Counted from the first letter of the stretch, positions 1 to 11,046 are shown. The stretch is DNA of 64,000 bases from an uncultured Planctomycetota bacterium (GCA_963719315.1 CAVRBU010000002.1:1-64000), one strand, 5' to 3'. Notes: a model not told the origin generated them from the letters alone. Numbers and translations: made by a program.

Positions 1-100
1 CTGAGAGGCGGTCAAACGACGGGCTGCTGATAAAAAAGCCCCGCCAGACCAAAGGGTCGGACGAGGCATGTGTCGGTTGTTACTACATGGCCCCAGCGTT

Positions 101-1036
101 TCAGGTCCGGCGAAACTTCTTCCGCAGAGTGGCCAAGCCAAGGCCGGCAAAGCCTGCGAGGCCAAGAATGAGCGTCGAGGGCTCGGGCACCGCGACGACC
201 TGGTTATTCACGATGTGAGCGTCGACCGAATTCGCAGTGAAGCCGACGGGGAGATTAAAAACAGGGCCGGTGCTGGCAAAGGAAAACGTGTGACTGAAGT
301 CGGAGTTGGCCTGGGCCGAACCCCCGGTGCCGATTCCCGAACTGATGATGGTATCGGCAGACGTGGAAAGCCTTATTTGCACGTCAAACGGAACGCCCGA
401 CTGGACGTCGAAAGTGGGAGTGATGATTTGCGGATTACCACTGCCCCAGGCGGCCAGCATTCCAGTGGTACTCAGGAACGGCGCAAATCGAGTGTCGGCT
501 TTTTCTGCACGGCTGCCGGAACCAACAAGCGCCCCATTGATATAGACCCAGATAACCGATTGGACGGAGGCGACTGCTGCTGTCGAACCGGCGTCGGCGG
601 CGCTGCCGAACAAAAAGCCTCCGGTTAATTCCATGTTGAGAGAGGTTGAAACGGTAGCTCCGACGGGGCCGTTGTCCACCATGGCCGAATAGGTCGCGGT
701 CGCCGTTGACGATGCTCCCAGACTATAAATCCCAACGACAAACGGCTGTGTGAGTTCGGCGTATGTGTGCGAGCGAACCCCGTAACCGCCCGCAAGCGAG
801 TCCGCCGTGGCGTGTACACCGGTGCTAAAATTAGGGGTAAAAGTGACACCGCCCCCCGCTTCAACGCCGAGGTCGAGGGAGTAGCTCTGGGGAAATGGGG
901 GTATTCCGCTGTCAGGAGTTGACCCGGCAGTGCCATCTACGTGATAAAGGGCCGCCAGCGCGGGAAAAGGGCATCCCAAAAACAGCGCCGAACTCAAGAC
1001 CACGAGAGCGCAATTTCGCTGATGAACTCTATGCAT
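101..1036 (-). CDS. PEP-CTERM sorting domain-containing exported protein
   Basis: Signal-peptide-like N-terminus from ATG 1036; C-terminal VPEPSTLILGLAGFAGLGLATLRKKFRR (PEP + TM + basic tail). Confidence 0.9.
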   Translation of the reverse strand: MHRVHQRNCALVVLSSALFLGCPFPALAALYHVDGTAGSTPDSGIPPFPQSYSLDLGVEAGGGVTFTPNFSTGVHATADSLAGGYGVRSHTYAELTQPFVVGIYSLGASSTATATYSAMVDNGPVGATVSTSLNMELTGGFLFGSAADAGSTAAVASVQSVIWVYINGALVGSGSRAEKADTRFAPFLSTTGMLAAWGSGNPQIITPTFDVQSGVPFDVQIRLSTSADTIISSGIGTGGSAQANSDFSHTFSFASTGPVFNLPVGFTANSVDAHIVNNQVVAVPEPSTLILGLAGFAGLGLATLRKKFRRT

Positions 1037-1419
1037 GTAACTGTTCTCCTCGTCCGGGCGGCCGGTCACCGCGAGTGCATCAATGGCGTGAAGCAAAATT
1101 GCTTTGGACGAAATGTCGAGATCAGCCTATGCGGATTGAGGAGCTGTGACAACTCTTTTCCGGAAAGAAAGTCCAGGAAGGATAAGCGGATGCGGCTAAA
1201 CACCCTGCCGAAAAGGGTTGGATAGATGACGTGCTTTGCGGTCAAAATGACCGCCGAGTGTCAACCCGGCCGCGGAGACGAGTTTCTGACGCAGCCTGGA
1301 GCGTGCCGAAAAAGGGGTGCCGGATTGCTCGCAGCACGCCGGCGATCGGCCGCCGGATCGGCGTCTCACGAGGGGCGATAGACGGCACTGTCACGCGCTA
1401 ACGACTTGCTGGAACTGTT

Positions 1420-4062
1420 CTATGCGGCCCAGCCTCGCCGGAGAAACAAGCCAGCAGCCGCTAATATCAGCAGCACGAACGCCGTCGGTTCAGGGACGGC
1501 GGCATTTGCGCTGGAACCGGCGCCGCTGCCGGCGGTTTGACCGAAGTGGGCGCGCCAAGTGTTGTAGTCGTCTGAGGTGTAGACGCCACCGGGGTTCTTG
1601 CGCCAGACGGTGTAATCAGCGGCATCGACGATGCCGTTTCCGTTGTAGTCGCCCGGCAAGAGCACGATGAGCGAGACACTATTGGCGTTGTAAACGACGT
1701 TCCACGTGAGGTTGCCGGTCAGGGAGGGAAGCGCTTCGGTGCCGAAGGTGCCGCTGATCCCGCCGACGGCCGAGACGATTTCAAATGAGTCGCCGAGCGA
1801 GGGCATGAAGTTGTCGAGCAGGGCGACGGTTAGCGTTCCGCCGAGCGATGCTATGCCGGCGATGTCGAGCGTGTCGAACTCCGTGCCGGCGGTGGTGCCG
1901 GCGAGTTCAATTTCCAGATTCGCCGAGCCGCCAAGGTGGACGTCGCCGCCGAATGAGACGGCCGCGGGACTGGAGCCGGGCTTGAGGTCGCCTTCGAAAT
2001 AGTTCGTGCCGGTACCGGTGAACGGGCCGGGGCCCGAGACACTTCCCAGGAAGACAGCGTTGCTTCCGGCGCTGGTGCGAATTTCACTACTGACGGCGTT
2101 GTGATTGACATCGTCGTAGAAGGTGACCGTGGCGCCGCCGGAGATGATGATTTTGGCAAAGCCTATATTGGTCACGTCTCCCAGGACATCGCTGTCACCG
2201 GTAAACGCGACATTGCCGGTGTTGTTTAGCCCGCCGTTGAACACCAGGGTACCGTGCCCGCCGATGAAAGCGCCGAAGGTGTTGAGGACGGCGTCGGCGA
2301 ACTCGACGGTGCCTCCCAAAAGGTTGATCTCGGCGTCGGCGAAGTTGTTATTGGCGCCTGCACTGTTGTAGCTGAACAGGATCCGCTTCCCTGTTTCGGC
2401 GCGAACCTCGCCGGTGGCCTGATTACTGAGGCGATTACCGATTTGTCCGTTGCCACGAATGAGGCCGTTGTTCGTGAGGTATCCGCCGGTCAATTGCAGG
2501 CTGGACGTTCCCAGATCGATTTCGCCGTTGTTCGTGATCGTGGCGGCGGAATGGAGCGTGCCCTGCCCCGTAATGCGGCCGCCCGGCCCGATGGTTGTGG
2601 CGCCGCTAACAGAGATCAGCGAACTGCTGGGCAGGTCGAGCGTGGTGGTGCCCGTGCTGGCGTCGATTTCGAGCGACGCCAGGGTCACAGCCCCGGTAGG
2701 CCCGGTAATCGTCACGCCGATATCGGGCTTGATTAAGGTGGGAACGACGTCGCGGGGCGTACGGCCGATCCACCAGTTGGCCGCGCCATCCCAGTTGCCG
2801 CCTGATTCGCTCGTCCAGCGGTAATCGGGAATGGCGACGTAGTTCACGGTGGCGCCGCTGCCGCCATAATTGCCGACATTGAATGCCACGGCGCCGTCGT
2901 CCAGCGCCTGTCCATAGGACCCCATACCGGAGATACTGTAGCCATCGATCTCGTCAGAGTTTTGAGCGACTTTGACGACGGTCGAACCGTCCATGGTCGC
3001 AAAAACTCCTTGCAACACACCGCCGCCGTCACCGAGGAAAGATACATTGCCATCGTCGTCGAACGAATATCCCTGCCCGCCGCCAAAATTATTGAGCATG
3101 CCATCGACATCGGCTATGTAGGTGGACTGGTCAACAATTACTGAGAGCGCGCCGCTGGAGTACTTGTAAAGTCCAAATGAATCGTTCGAAGCACGTCCGC
3201 CGATGAACGCAATCATCCCATTGCGAATGTTGGCTCCCACTCCCTCATTCTTGTCGAATCCGCCAAAGTTCATCGCAGTGCCTGGAATCGGCGTATTCCG
3301 GTCAGCGATGACCGTCAGCACGCCGCCGATCTCGGCAAAGATTCCATCTTGGGTCGGACCACCATTTCCCAGGAACGCAATGTCGCCGTTGTCGATTGAT
3401 GGACTGCTGACCGGATCGCCATTTAAAAGGAATCCCCCGAAACTGGTAAATTTGCCGGTGCCACCCGGGATGGCCGTGTTAGTATCGGCGACGCGGCGAA
3501 TGGTGCCGCCGGAGGCGACGTAGATGCCGTCCTGACCGCCTGAGCCCAATCCGCGAAAGACCGTTTCTCCCTCGTAGTACCAGGGTCGGCTGAAATCGAT
3601 GAACGTTCCGGTGCCATCGGGAATGACGGTTGTCAGGTCGGCCACCGGCGTGATGACGCCGCCATTGGCGAGGTAGACGCCCAACTCTCCGTCGGTTCCG
3701 GTCGCCCGAAACGTCACGATACCGTGCTCTTGGGTCGGCACATCGAAACTGGAAAAATTGCCGGTGCTGCCGGGGATGGCCATGTTCGCATCGACAACCA
3801 CGTCAACCGTTCCGCCGTTGTAAGTGTATATCCCCGTTTGCGATCCAGTCCCCGCGCCTCTAAAGGCGACCATGTTGCCGCAGATGCTTGGGAGTACGAC
3901 CTGAGTAAAGTTGCCCGTGCCTCCGGGGATGGGCGTGTGGGTGTCGGCGATGTTGACGAAATCATACGTAGCTGCGGCCGACGAAGAAATGACAAGCAGG
4001 AGCGAGGGCATGGTTAGCACGACGACTGCCAATCGACGCCTGCGATACGGAGAGGATGGCAT
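1420..4062 (-). CDS. Large PEP-CTERM protein with repeated 'IADxxTxIPGGTGxF/GxxAF' units, beta-helix-like region and dockerin-like module
   Basis: Signal peptide; internal repeats; PGDYNGNGIVDAADYTVWR; VPEPTAFVLLILAAAGLFLRR. Start could be 4086. Confidence 0.9.
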   Translation of the reverse strand: MPSSPYRRRRLAVVVLTMPSLLLVISSSAAATYDFVNIADTHTPIPGGTGNFTQVVLPSICGNMVAFRGAGTGSQTGIYTYNGGTVDVVVDANMAIPGSTGNFSSFDVPTQEHGIVTFRATGTDGELGVYLANGGVITPVADLTTVIPDGTGTFIDFSRPWYYEGETVFRGLGSGGQDGIYVASGGTIRRVADTNTAIPGGTGKFTSFGGFLLNGDPVSSPSIDNGDIAFLGNGGPTQDGIFAEIGGVLTVIADRNTPIPGTAMNFGGFDKNEGVGANIRNGMIAFIGGRASNDSFGLYKYSSGALSVIVDQSTYIADVDGMLNNFGGGQGYSFDDDGNVSFLGDGGGVLQGVFATMDGSTVVKVAQNSDEIDGYSISGMGSYGQALDDGAVAFNVGNYGGSGATVNYVAIPDYRWTSESGGNWDGAANWWIGRTPRDVVPTLIKPDIGVTITGPTGAVTLASLEIDASTGTTTLDLPSSSLISVSGATTIGPGGRITGQGTLHSAATITNNGEIDLGTSSLQLTGGYLTNNGLIRGNGQIGNRLSNQATGEVRAETGKRILFSYNSAGANNNFADAEINLLGGTVEFADAVLNTFGAFIGGHGTLVFNGGLNNTGNVAFTGDSDVLGDVTNIGFAKIIISGGATVTFYDDVNHNAVSSEIRTSAGSNAVFLGSVSGPGPFTGTGTNYFEGDLKPGSSPAAVSFGGDVHLGGSANLEIELAGTTAGTEFDTLDIAGIASLGGTLTVALLDNFMPSLGDSFEIVSAVGGISGTFGTEALPSLTGNLTWNVVYNANSVSLIVLLPGDYNGNGIVDAADYTVWRKNPGGVYTSDDYNTWRAHFGQTAGSGAGSSANAAVPEPTAFVLLILAAAGLFLRRGWAA

Positions 4063-4129
4063 GGCGAGTTCCTCCGAATATCTCATCGAATAGAAAAAGT
4101 GTCACGGGTTATCGAGTTGCTGGGAATTC

Positions 4130-5264
4130 CTATGCGGCTCGGCGTCGCCAGAGACACCAGCCAGCTACCGCCCACATCAGCAGCACCAAGCTTGCCGGTT
4201 CGGGCACGGGGGTATTCGCGGTGGCACCAGCGCCGCTGCCGCTGCTGGGGTCTCCGAAGCGGGCGCGCCACTCGGTGTAGTCGGCACCGTCTACTGTGCC
4301 AGGGTTATCGACTTCGTTGGCGAGCGGACCGCCCTTGCGCCAGAGAACATAGTCGGCTGCATCGACGGTGCCGTTGTTGTTGTAGTCGCCAGGAATCGGT
4401 TCGGGGTCGATAGGGGCGTTGATGGCATTTCGGTAGTCCGTCCCACTGGCCGAAGTCATGATGTAGTCAATTACTTCCGCCTGCGATTGGTCGACGACCT
4501 TCAGCGCTCTCCATCCATTCGAACGTGTTGCCGAGATCGACCTCGGCGAAAGTGGCAAGGTCGAACGCACCATTGACTTCCACCCGGGCACGACCGAACA
4601 TAAAGACACGAAGTTCAAAGGGCTGCCCAAAGGTAACGGGTTGTGTAAACTCGTGTGTGTCGTCGATATACGTGTCGAACGGATCTCCGTAGAAGTTGTT
4701 CGCCAAAAGCGTTCCGAGACCAGGATTTGGCGACTCGACGGCTGCTTGAACGGCGCTTCCGCCTTCGCCTCTCGATGCGAAACCGTCCACATGATAAGCA
4801 AACGTGGCCGTGCCCGCTTGATTGAGCAGCGCGGGGTTGGCGGGGGTGATGGTAATCTCGTCGGCGAATTCGCCGACCGCGATGGCATCGAGGTATCCGG
4901 AGGCATGAACCGTCGAGACGCCGGAGTCGGAAAAGGCATTGAGCCGGATCCACCCGAGCCCCGTACTGGCTTGCGCGACGCCACCCAAGACACCAATACC
5001 AGCATGCTTAAATGCAGTCGCTGGAAACACCGGGTCGGGGACGGTATGGCTGTCAACTTCATTGAGAATCTCTCCATTAACATCGGCAAGCACTTGGGCG
5101 GCGGCTGTGATCTCAACGGCGAACGCAGCTGGGCCGGTCGTGCCACACGTGAGCGCCACGCCAGCCGCCAGAAACACGGTGGCCGCTCTTGTCAACGACT
5201 TCCGGAAAGGCGTCGTACATTTGCGTCGATCATGGTTACGCCGGTTCATGGCTTTCCGTCCCAA
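4130..5264 (-). pseudogene. PEP-CTERM/dockerin-like exported protein split by a 1-nt frameshift near 4510
   Basis: ORF 4467-5264 has the signal peptide and mature domain; ORF 4130-5146 carries PGDYNNNGTVDAADY and VPEPASLVLL; removing one base at ATGGAGAGCGCTG joins them (..WMGALKVVD..). Confidence 0.8.
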
Positions 5265-6252
5265 AAAAGACTAGGCGTCATTGCATTGTCCGACGGCTGG
5301 AAACAGCCTCGGCTAAATCAATAGAGCGAGCGTGACACTCAGCCCCGGCGGAGTCAAAGCGATGTCACTGAGCGTGAGCATTCGCTTTTCACCAAATTGA
5401 GCAAATTCGCCGCAGACACGAGATAGATTCGGAATTCACTGCGCCGAAAAAGTCTGGCTCGATGCTCGCGATAGAACAACGATTGCTATAACAGATCGAT
5501 GCTCGGAATAGCGACTCATCCGACCCGCCTCCTCTGTTGCGCGCACGATCGAATATGATCGGACCATCGAGTGAGAACGGCACAGCTCGAACGGCGACTT
5601 ACTCACATGGCGAGTTAAAGCGGCAGCAAGGCGGGCCGCCGCCACCGGCTGTAGAGAAGAGCACCTGAATGATCCGAAGCGCAGCGCTTATCGACGACAG
5701 GCAGCAATTCCTCGTCGCTGCCAGCCGTTGGTGCCATCGCCCGGGGATGATTCGCAAATGTCTCATTCCAGGTCAATCGCTGAAATCGATTAACGCACAA
5801 GATCAGCTCAGTTCGCCGACGATCCGATCGCAGACAAGGTTTTCGTGTGGGCTAGAGGGGATTATAACCCCTCGAAAACGGAGATGCAAACAATTCCTTG
5901 CAATCTCCATAAATCGTTCGAAATCCGACACACTTGCCCCAGCCGCCAGCCTCAGCGACGATTCCCGCCCGGTGGGTCTAACTTCGCATCCGCGAATTCA
6001 AAATGCCTCGTTGCCGTAGGAGCGGCGGTAGTTGGGAAGCGGCATCCAACAGTCATGCCAGTTGCGACCGATTGAGCGCTCGCAACAGGCTATAACCCAG
6101 GCCGCGCGAGACAGAGAGACAGCCGAGACTCCGGGGCCAAATCAACTTTGCAGGTCGGGAATCTGAGCGACACGAAAGTCGCGCGCGACGAGGAGGGAGA
6201 GACAACGAGTCCATTCGCCGTGTCGCAAGATGTTACGAGACTTGGCGTAAGA

Positions 6253-6290
6253 ACGAAAAAAGCCACCGCCCGAAGGCGATGGCTTTTCGT
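6253..6290 (-). terminator. Intrinsic terminator downstream of the leftmost tRNA 3' fragment, probably the native tRNA terminator
   Basis: Minus strand AGCCATCGCC-TTCG-GGCGGTGGCT followed by a T tract, ~40 nt after the tRNA 3' end. Confidence 0.8.
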
Positions 6291-6331
6291 ATAACCCAAC
6301 GGTAGGTTAGTTTCGCTACCGTCAAAACAAG

Positions 6332-6373
6332 TGGCGGGGACAGGATTCGAACCTGCGACCTCGAGGTTATGAG
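6332..6373 (-). repeat. tRNA-Met(CAT) 3' half, att core copy 1
   Basis: Minus strand CTCATAACCTCGAGGTCGCAGGTTCGAATCCTGTCCCCGCCA = anticodon loop to acceptor end; no D arm upstream; identical to copies 2 and 3. Confidence 0.93.
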
Positions 6374-7005
6374 TTTGAATTTGCAATCCTCATAACTCCG
6401 CTCTTTGACGACACTTGTGAATTTTACATCCTCCTTTGTGGGCTTGCAAGTTTTGTTATTCTTTAGCGTTGATTAGCAAGTATTGCAGTTTTTTATCTCG
6501 CAAAGGGGGAAGCTCCAGACTTGGTGCGCACGACGTATTGGATCTGCTTTCGTGCGCCATTGATAAACACTATCAGAAACGTCGACAGCGCGGCCCACCC
6601 CATCCACGATGTCTGCCGTTCGGAAGTATTCCTCAATTGAGCGAAGCATTCAACTGTCTTTCAACGGCATTCAAGGTGTCATCAATCACGCGACAACGCA
6701 GAGGAAATAATACGAGAGCAAGATCCGATTCCGCGGTAGCGGCCGGCCCAATGTCTGAGTCAGCGTAATAGAGCGAACTCGAACCTAGTTCTCTCATGTT
6801 GGGAACACGTTGGCATCGGATTGGATTTGCTCTAAGTCGTTGTCGGTCGCGCTTCCCACGCAGCGCTGACAGTCCTCGTCCGTGTTGCCTCGCCGAACGA
6901 TTCAGCTCACGATTGCCCTGGAAATCTACAGGGGAACCGGTGCCGAAGTGGCATCGAGTGATTTACGAATTAGCTTCAAGTGGTCTGAAGGCAGGTTACG
7001 ACGAG
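6374..7005. repeat. Conserved island end, homologous to 55627-56160 and (first ~150 bp) to 35013-35155
   Basis: Visual alignment with long identical blocks; ~105-bp extra segment at ~6697-6801 in this copy. Confidence 0.9.
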
Positions 7006-8153
7006 GCATAGAGAATCGGACTATTCCATTATCGTAAGTGGTGGCCGAGACGCCTCGTAGTTCAAGTTGACTCTGTAATTCGTAGGAATTCCCCGTCCAA
7101 CTCTGGGGCGGATGCAACATTAGAATTCCGGATTGAAGCGCCGCGGCCAGACTGCGCTGGTCGCCAGCCCAAATCCTCGGCGAGCCTTCTCACCGCGTCT
7201 ACATTCCTTAGCTGTGTTTGTAGAGTGTGTCGGCGAGCAGACGAGCACCGGGCACCCAACGATGCACCATGTGCCGACAGCAGACCAGATAGATTGACCG
7301 TTTCCGTTACGTCATCCAAGCGATGCAATTCGAGTTGCGATGTAAACTGCATCAAAGGGTCGCTAAGAATGCCGATGGCGTTCAATTCGAAGATAGTGGT
7401 TTCAACCATAGCGCGTGAGCGAGCGTGCCCGTAAACGCCAACGCCTAATGGGTAGAGACCTCGCAGCCATTTGTGCGTACCCGCGAGGTAGAAATCGCAA
7501 TCCATATCGACAACCGGCGCGTCGCCGTGTGCAAAGTGCTGCGCCCCGTCCACAACAAAGAACCGCAACTCCCCTTTGCACTTTATCGCATCACAGATTC
7601 GGCGAATCGGCAGCTTAACTCCATCGTGACTGATGGCTGGAAGGAATAATGCCGATGCCTGCGCTTGCGAATAACCCTCGGTAATTGCGCCGATCACTGA
7701 ATCAGGATCGCCGCCGCTATCAATGATCTCACGCACGTCCAAATGCACTACCCGGCGACCTAGCTTGTCGGCCACCTGTTTTAAAATCTCTTGATACGCA
7801 GGCCAAGCAAGGTCGACAGTCAATACCGTCTCACAATTGCCGAACAACAGATATGACGCCAAGGTCATGAGGGCGTGCGTTCGACTGGCAAGCATGACCT
7901 TGGATTGTCGGCCTGCACCAGCTATTCGGCCAAGTCGCTCTTTCAGCGGACCGACACCATGCCAACCTGTAAGGACGGGATACCGCCTTCGCAACTTTGG
8001 GGACCAATCTTTGCCTCCCCTCAGTAGTAGATTCCGTATCGCGTCCGAACAGCCGCGCTCGGCAGAAAATCGCAGGTAGTCGGTCTGGATCGCCATCGCC
8101 GTGGGCGAGACTTTGCCCATCCTCGCGGTGTCGAGGTAAAGGCACGACGGCAT
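6926..8153 (-). pseudogene. Class V aminotransferase-fold PLP-dependent enzyme, 1-nt frameshift near 7150
   Basis: YLDTA N-terminus, VDGAQ, GTHKW (PLP lysine); shifted frame continues LQSGILML...GIVRFS, the usual class V C-terminus. Confidence 0.75.
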
Positions 8154-8204
8154 GGACGCAATTAAGGACCGGGGTATCCGATAGATGAAGATACGTACAG
8201 TATC

Positions 8205-9107
8205 CTACCCGTCAACGCCCTCGCTGTCCAGGAGGCTTCGAAGCGGAGTGGCATGTAGCTTTAGTCGCTGCCATCGATCCTCCGCGAGTTTCACTGCTTC
8301 GACGTTAAATTCAAGCAGGAACTCGCGCGTCCGGCATTCTTCATCGAGCGATTGGGTCCCCACAGCGAGGTCCCCGTAGATTCCAAAGTCGAGTGGCAAA
8401 TCCGGCTCCGACTCAATTTCTGGTTCGAGACACAGCATCACCCATACTCGATGATTGTGCTGGTCCATGATCCACGGCATCACGCTTTCGCAAGGCAACA
8501 GTTGTCCGGCGGGCCATAGCTCACGAGGCAAGATAAGGATTCGCTCAACAATGACACCGCGATTGATCGCATCGTAATTGTCGCGAATGCTTTGGCGGCC
8601 CGACGCATCCTGCCAATAGTTGGGGCATTTGACCCAGGCCACGGAACGATACAACCGCAATCTCTCGCTCCTCAGCAACTCTTGGTAAGCCGTCCGCCAC
8701 GATTCGGTCCCGCGAAAGGCAATCGTACCTCGCGCCATCAATTCCAATTCGCCCGCGACCGACAGAAGCTTCGTGCCAGCTGCGGATCGAAGCACCGGCT
8801 CAGTTTGTTGGCTAAGTAATACGAAAGCGTCGCATATCCGTCGGAGCACGCGCGCCAATTCTGGCTCATCCTCTAAGGCATCGACGACCCTTCCTATTCC
8901 GCTAAGCCCTTCCCTACCCGCATCGCGCCGGGCCTGCTCATCGAGCCACGCCAAAATAAGACCCACCAGAGTTGATACAAGAATGCCGAGAACTGCGATT
9001 TGAATTGGTATTGAATAAAAGACTGCCGTGACACTCGCCAATAGCGAGCCCAGCAACGATGCGGCCAAGAATCGTGGATTGGAAATAAAACTTCGCGGTA
9101 CGGACAT
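8205..9107 (-). CDS. Membrane-anchored (2 TM) DUF6879-like protein
   Basis: Two N-terminal hydrophobic helices; RGVIVERILI and DFGIYGD..V resemble DUF6879-type domains; family call tentative. Confidence 0.6.
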   Translation of the reverse strand: MSVPRSFISNPRFLAASLLGSLLASVTAVFYSIPIQIAVLGILVSTLVGLILAWLDEQARRDAGREGLSGIGRVVDALEDEPELARVLRRICDAFVLLSQQTEPVLRSAAGTKLLSVAGELELMARGTIAFRGTESWRTAYQELLRSERLRLYRSVAWVKCPNYWQDASGRQSIRDNYDAINRGVIVERILILPRELWPAGQLLPCESVMPWIMDQHNHRVWVMLCLEPEIESEPDLPLDFGIYGDLAVGTQSLDEECRTREFLLEFNVEAVKLAEDRWQRLKLHATPLRSLLDSEGVDG

Positions 9108-9527
9108 GTGGGCGACAGTACCGCATTTTGAGGGAACTCGCAATCTGGTTTGGCATTGAGTATCGACGCGGCGAAGGGTTATGCAGTAAGGCGTACGGCA
9201 AAGCAGGGTTTTGATACCCGCATAGTTGGCTGCTATAGCGAGTCAGTCGGCGCGACTTAAGCACGCAATAATCCTTCGAACGTCAGATACACCGCTTGTA
9301 GCCTATGTCGGGTTCGTCATTGAGCACAAACTGGACTCATTGCCCTTTAGACTCGACGGCGTTTTTCCTCGTTTCGTCGGAGCCAAGTTTCGCCATCGAA
9401 TCGATGACAGCAAACCGCGTAGAAATTCGATCGATGCGTGCATCGAACCGGGCGACCGACGTGGGATTGAATCACGATTTGTCGATTCACCCAATTGATG
9501 GAGTGGTACGAGTATGCGCGGCTTCGC

Positions 9528-10976
9528 TTACCGGAGCGATGCGAGTAAGTCGTTGACATCTATTAGCGCGATGCTTGTGGCGATGTCGCTCATTGCATAG
9601 GGAAGAATTAGGTTTTTGCCATGGATCATCCCGCCACAGGAATAGACGACATTCGGGACGTAGCCGAATCGCTCCTCTCCGACGGGAATGAGAAGGGGCT
9701 CCTTGGTTTGGCCAATCACTCGACATGGGTCTTCAAGATCCAACAGAGTAGCGCCGATACAGTACTGGCGCATTGGGCCCACTCCGTGCGTTAAGAGTAG
9801 CCATCCGACGTCGGTTTCGAGCGGCGATCCGCAATTGCCTATTTGGATTACTTCCCAGGCAAATTTTGGCCTCTGGAGAAGCCGTGCACTGTTCCACGTC
9901 AACACGTTATCCGATTCCATATAGTAGAGATTCTCGTTGTCGAGCCGCGCGACCATCGCGTACTTGCCGCGTATTTTGCGCGGAAACAGGGCCATACCCT
10001 TGTTCTTGGCGCTGCTGCCAGTGAGCATGCAAATTGTGATGTTTTCATTCGGCCGATAGCGAAGTAGCTGGGGGAAAACTCTGGATCCATCGTACGCTGT
10101 ATAGGTGCCGAAGTATTCGTAGGACCCGTCTTCGGCGGCGAAGCGCACCAGCCGCATATCCTCGATGCCATTTCTTTCGTTATCGGAGAATGGAAAAATC
10201 ACGACCTCGGAAATATCCGTGCCCTGGGGAGCTTGCAGTTCGTAAAAAGTTCGTGTCAGTGCCAGCAAGTCGTCAAAAGATTCCTCCGATTTGCCGCTGA
10301 CAGACGCATTCGCGCGAAGTTCGTCGATTGCGTCCGATAGTTGCGCCCGCGTGAAACGCGCGTTCAACAAATCTGTAACTGCTTGGGTACAGTCGTTCCA
10401 TGCTCCCAGTGTGCGCAGCTCCCGAATGAAACCGTCTTTTTGGAACTCGTCGGGCAGAATGGGAGTCAGTGGTCGGCTATACACCCCCGGGACGTCCAAA
10501 CGGACTTGGCCGGTTTCATCGATCACACCGCCGCGAAAGACGATAGAAGAAATGTGTCCCTCACCGGTAGCGCGCAGGCTCATGGCAAACCTCACCGACC
10601 CCGGCGGCAAGCCCGTCTGGTCAACGGACGGCACCATAGATGGATTGAAAAGTGCGGCCGACTCGACCGCGTATTCCATCGTAAAGCAAGCGCCGATAAG
10701 CCGCCGTAGCGGATCGCTAGGTAGGACCTCTTTCGGGAGATAACGCGCGACCATTTCAAAGTGCTTAAGAAAAACATCTTCGATATCCGGGTGCAGCGGC
10801 TGGAAGTTACGCTGGAGACGCTCTACGATCGTCTCGACCTCGACACACCGAATGCGGCAGAGCCGCTCAATAATGTCGCGAATGCGATTTTCCTCACCGG
10901 GCACAAAAAAGCGGGTAATAACTCGCCTTGGATCTGGCAAAAGGCGAATCGGCAATCGGGTTGCATGCACGGTCAT
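9528..10976 (-). CDS. Glycoside hydrolase family 130 (mannoside phosphorylase/glycosidase-like)
   Basis: ALFNPS, GIEDMRL, KNKGMALFPRKI, GYVPNVVYSCG motifs. Confidence 0.85.
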   Translation of the reverse strand: MTVHATRLPIRLLPDPRRVITRFFVPGEENRIRDIIERLCRIRCVEVETIVERLQRNFQPLHPDIEDVFLKHFEMVARYLPKEVLPSDPLRRLIGACFTMEYAVESAALFNPSMVPSVDQTGLPPGSVRFAMSLRATGEGHISSIVFRGGVIDETGQVRLDVPGVYSRPLTPILPDEFQKDGFIRELRTLGAWNDCTQAVTDLLNARFTRAQLSDAIDELRANASVSGKSEESFDDLLALTRTFYELQAPQGTDISEVVIFPFSDNERNGIEDMRLVRFAAEDGSYEYFGTYTAYDGSRVFPQLLRYRPNENITICMLTGSSAKNKGMALFPRKIRGKYAMVARLDNENLYYMESDNVLTWNSARLLQRPKFAWEVIQIGNCGSPLETDVGWLLLTHGVGPMRQYCIGATLLDLEDPCRVIGQTKEPLLIPVGEERFGYVPNVVYSCGGMIHGKNLILPYAMSDIATSIALIDVNDLLASLR

Positions 10977-11046
10977 TCGGGGCCTCTTTCCTACGGTTCG
11001 AGCAAGCGCTCTAAACTGCCTGATCCGGCATTTAGCAACAGAACCT

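Noticed and set aside
5615..5800. DEELLPVV resembles the start of planctomycete ECF sigma factors
   Set aside because: Too short, with no continuing similarity.
6332..6402. Complete tRNA-Met gene (GCGGAG could partly pair with the acceptor 3' strand)
   Set aside because: No D arm and no 5' anticodon stem in any of the three copies; they are 3' fragments.
6427..6438. AAAGGAGG as a ribosome-binding site or CsrA-sponge GGA repeat
   Set aside because: Occurs in both orientations at fixed distances from the core with no suitable ORF; a DNA-binding site fits better.
9144..9527. Possible integrase remnant upstream of the DUF6879-like gene
   Set aside because: Only short ORFs with no recognisable tyrosine- or serine-recombinase motifs; the same holds for 34200-34970 and 54560-55584. 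A six-frame HMM search would settle it.
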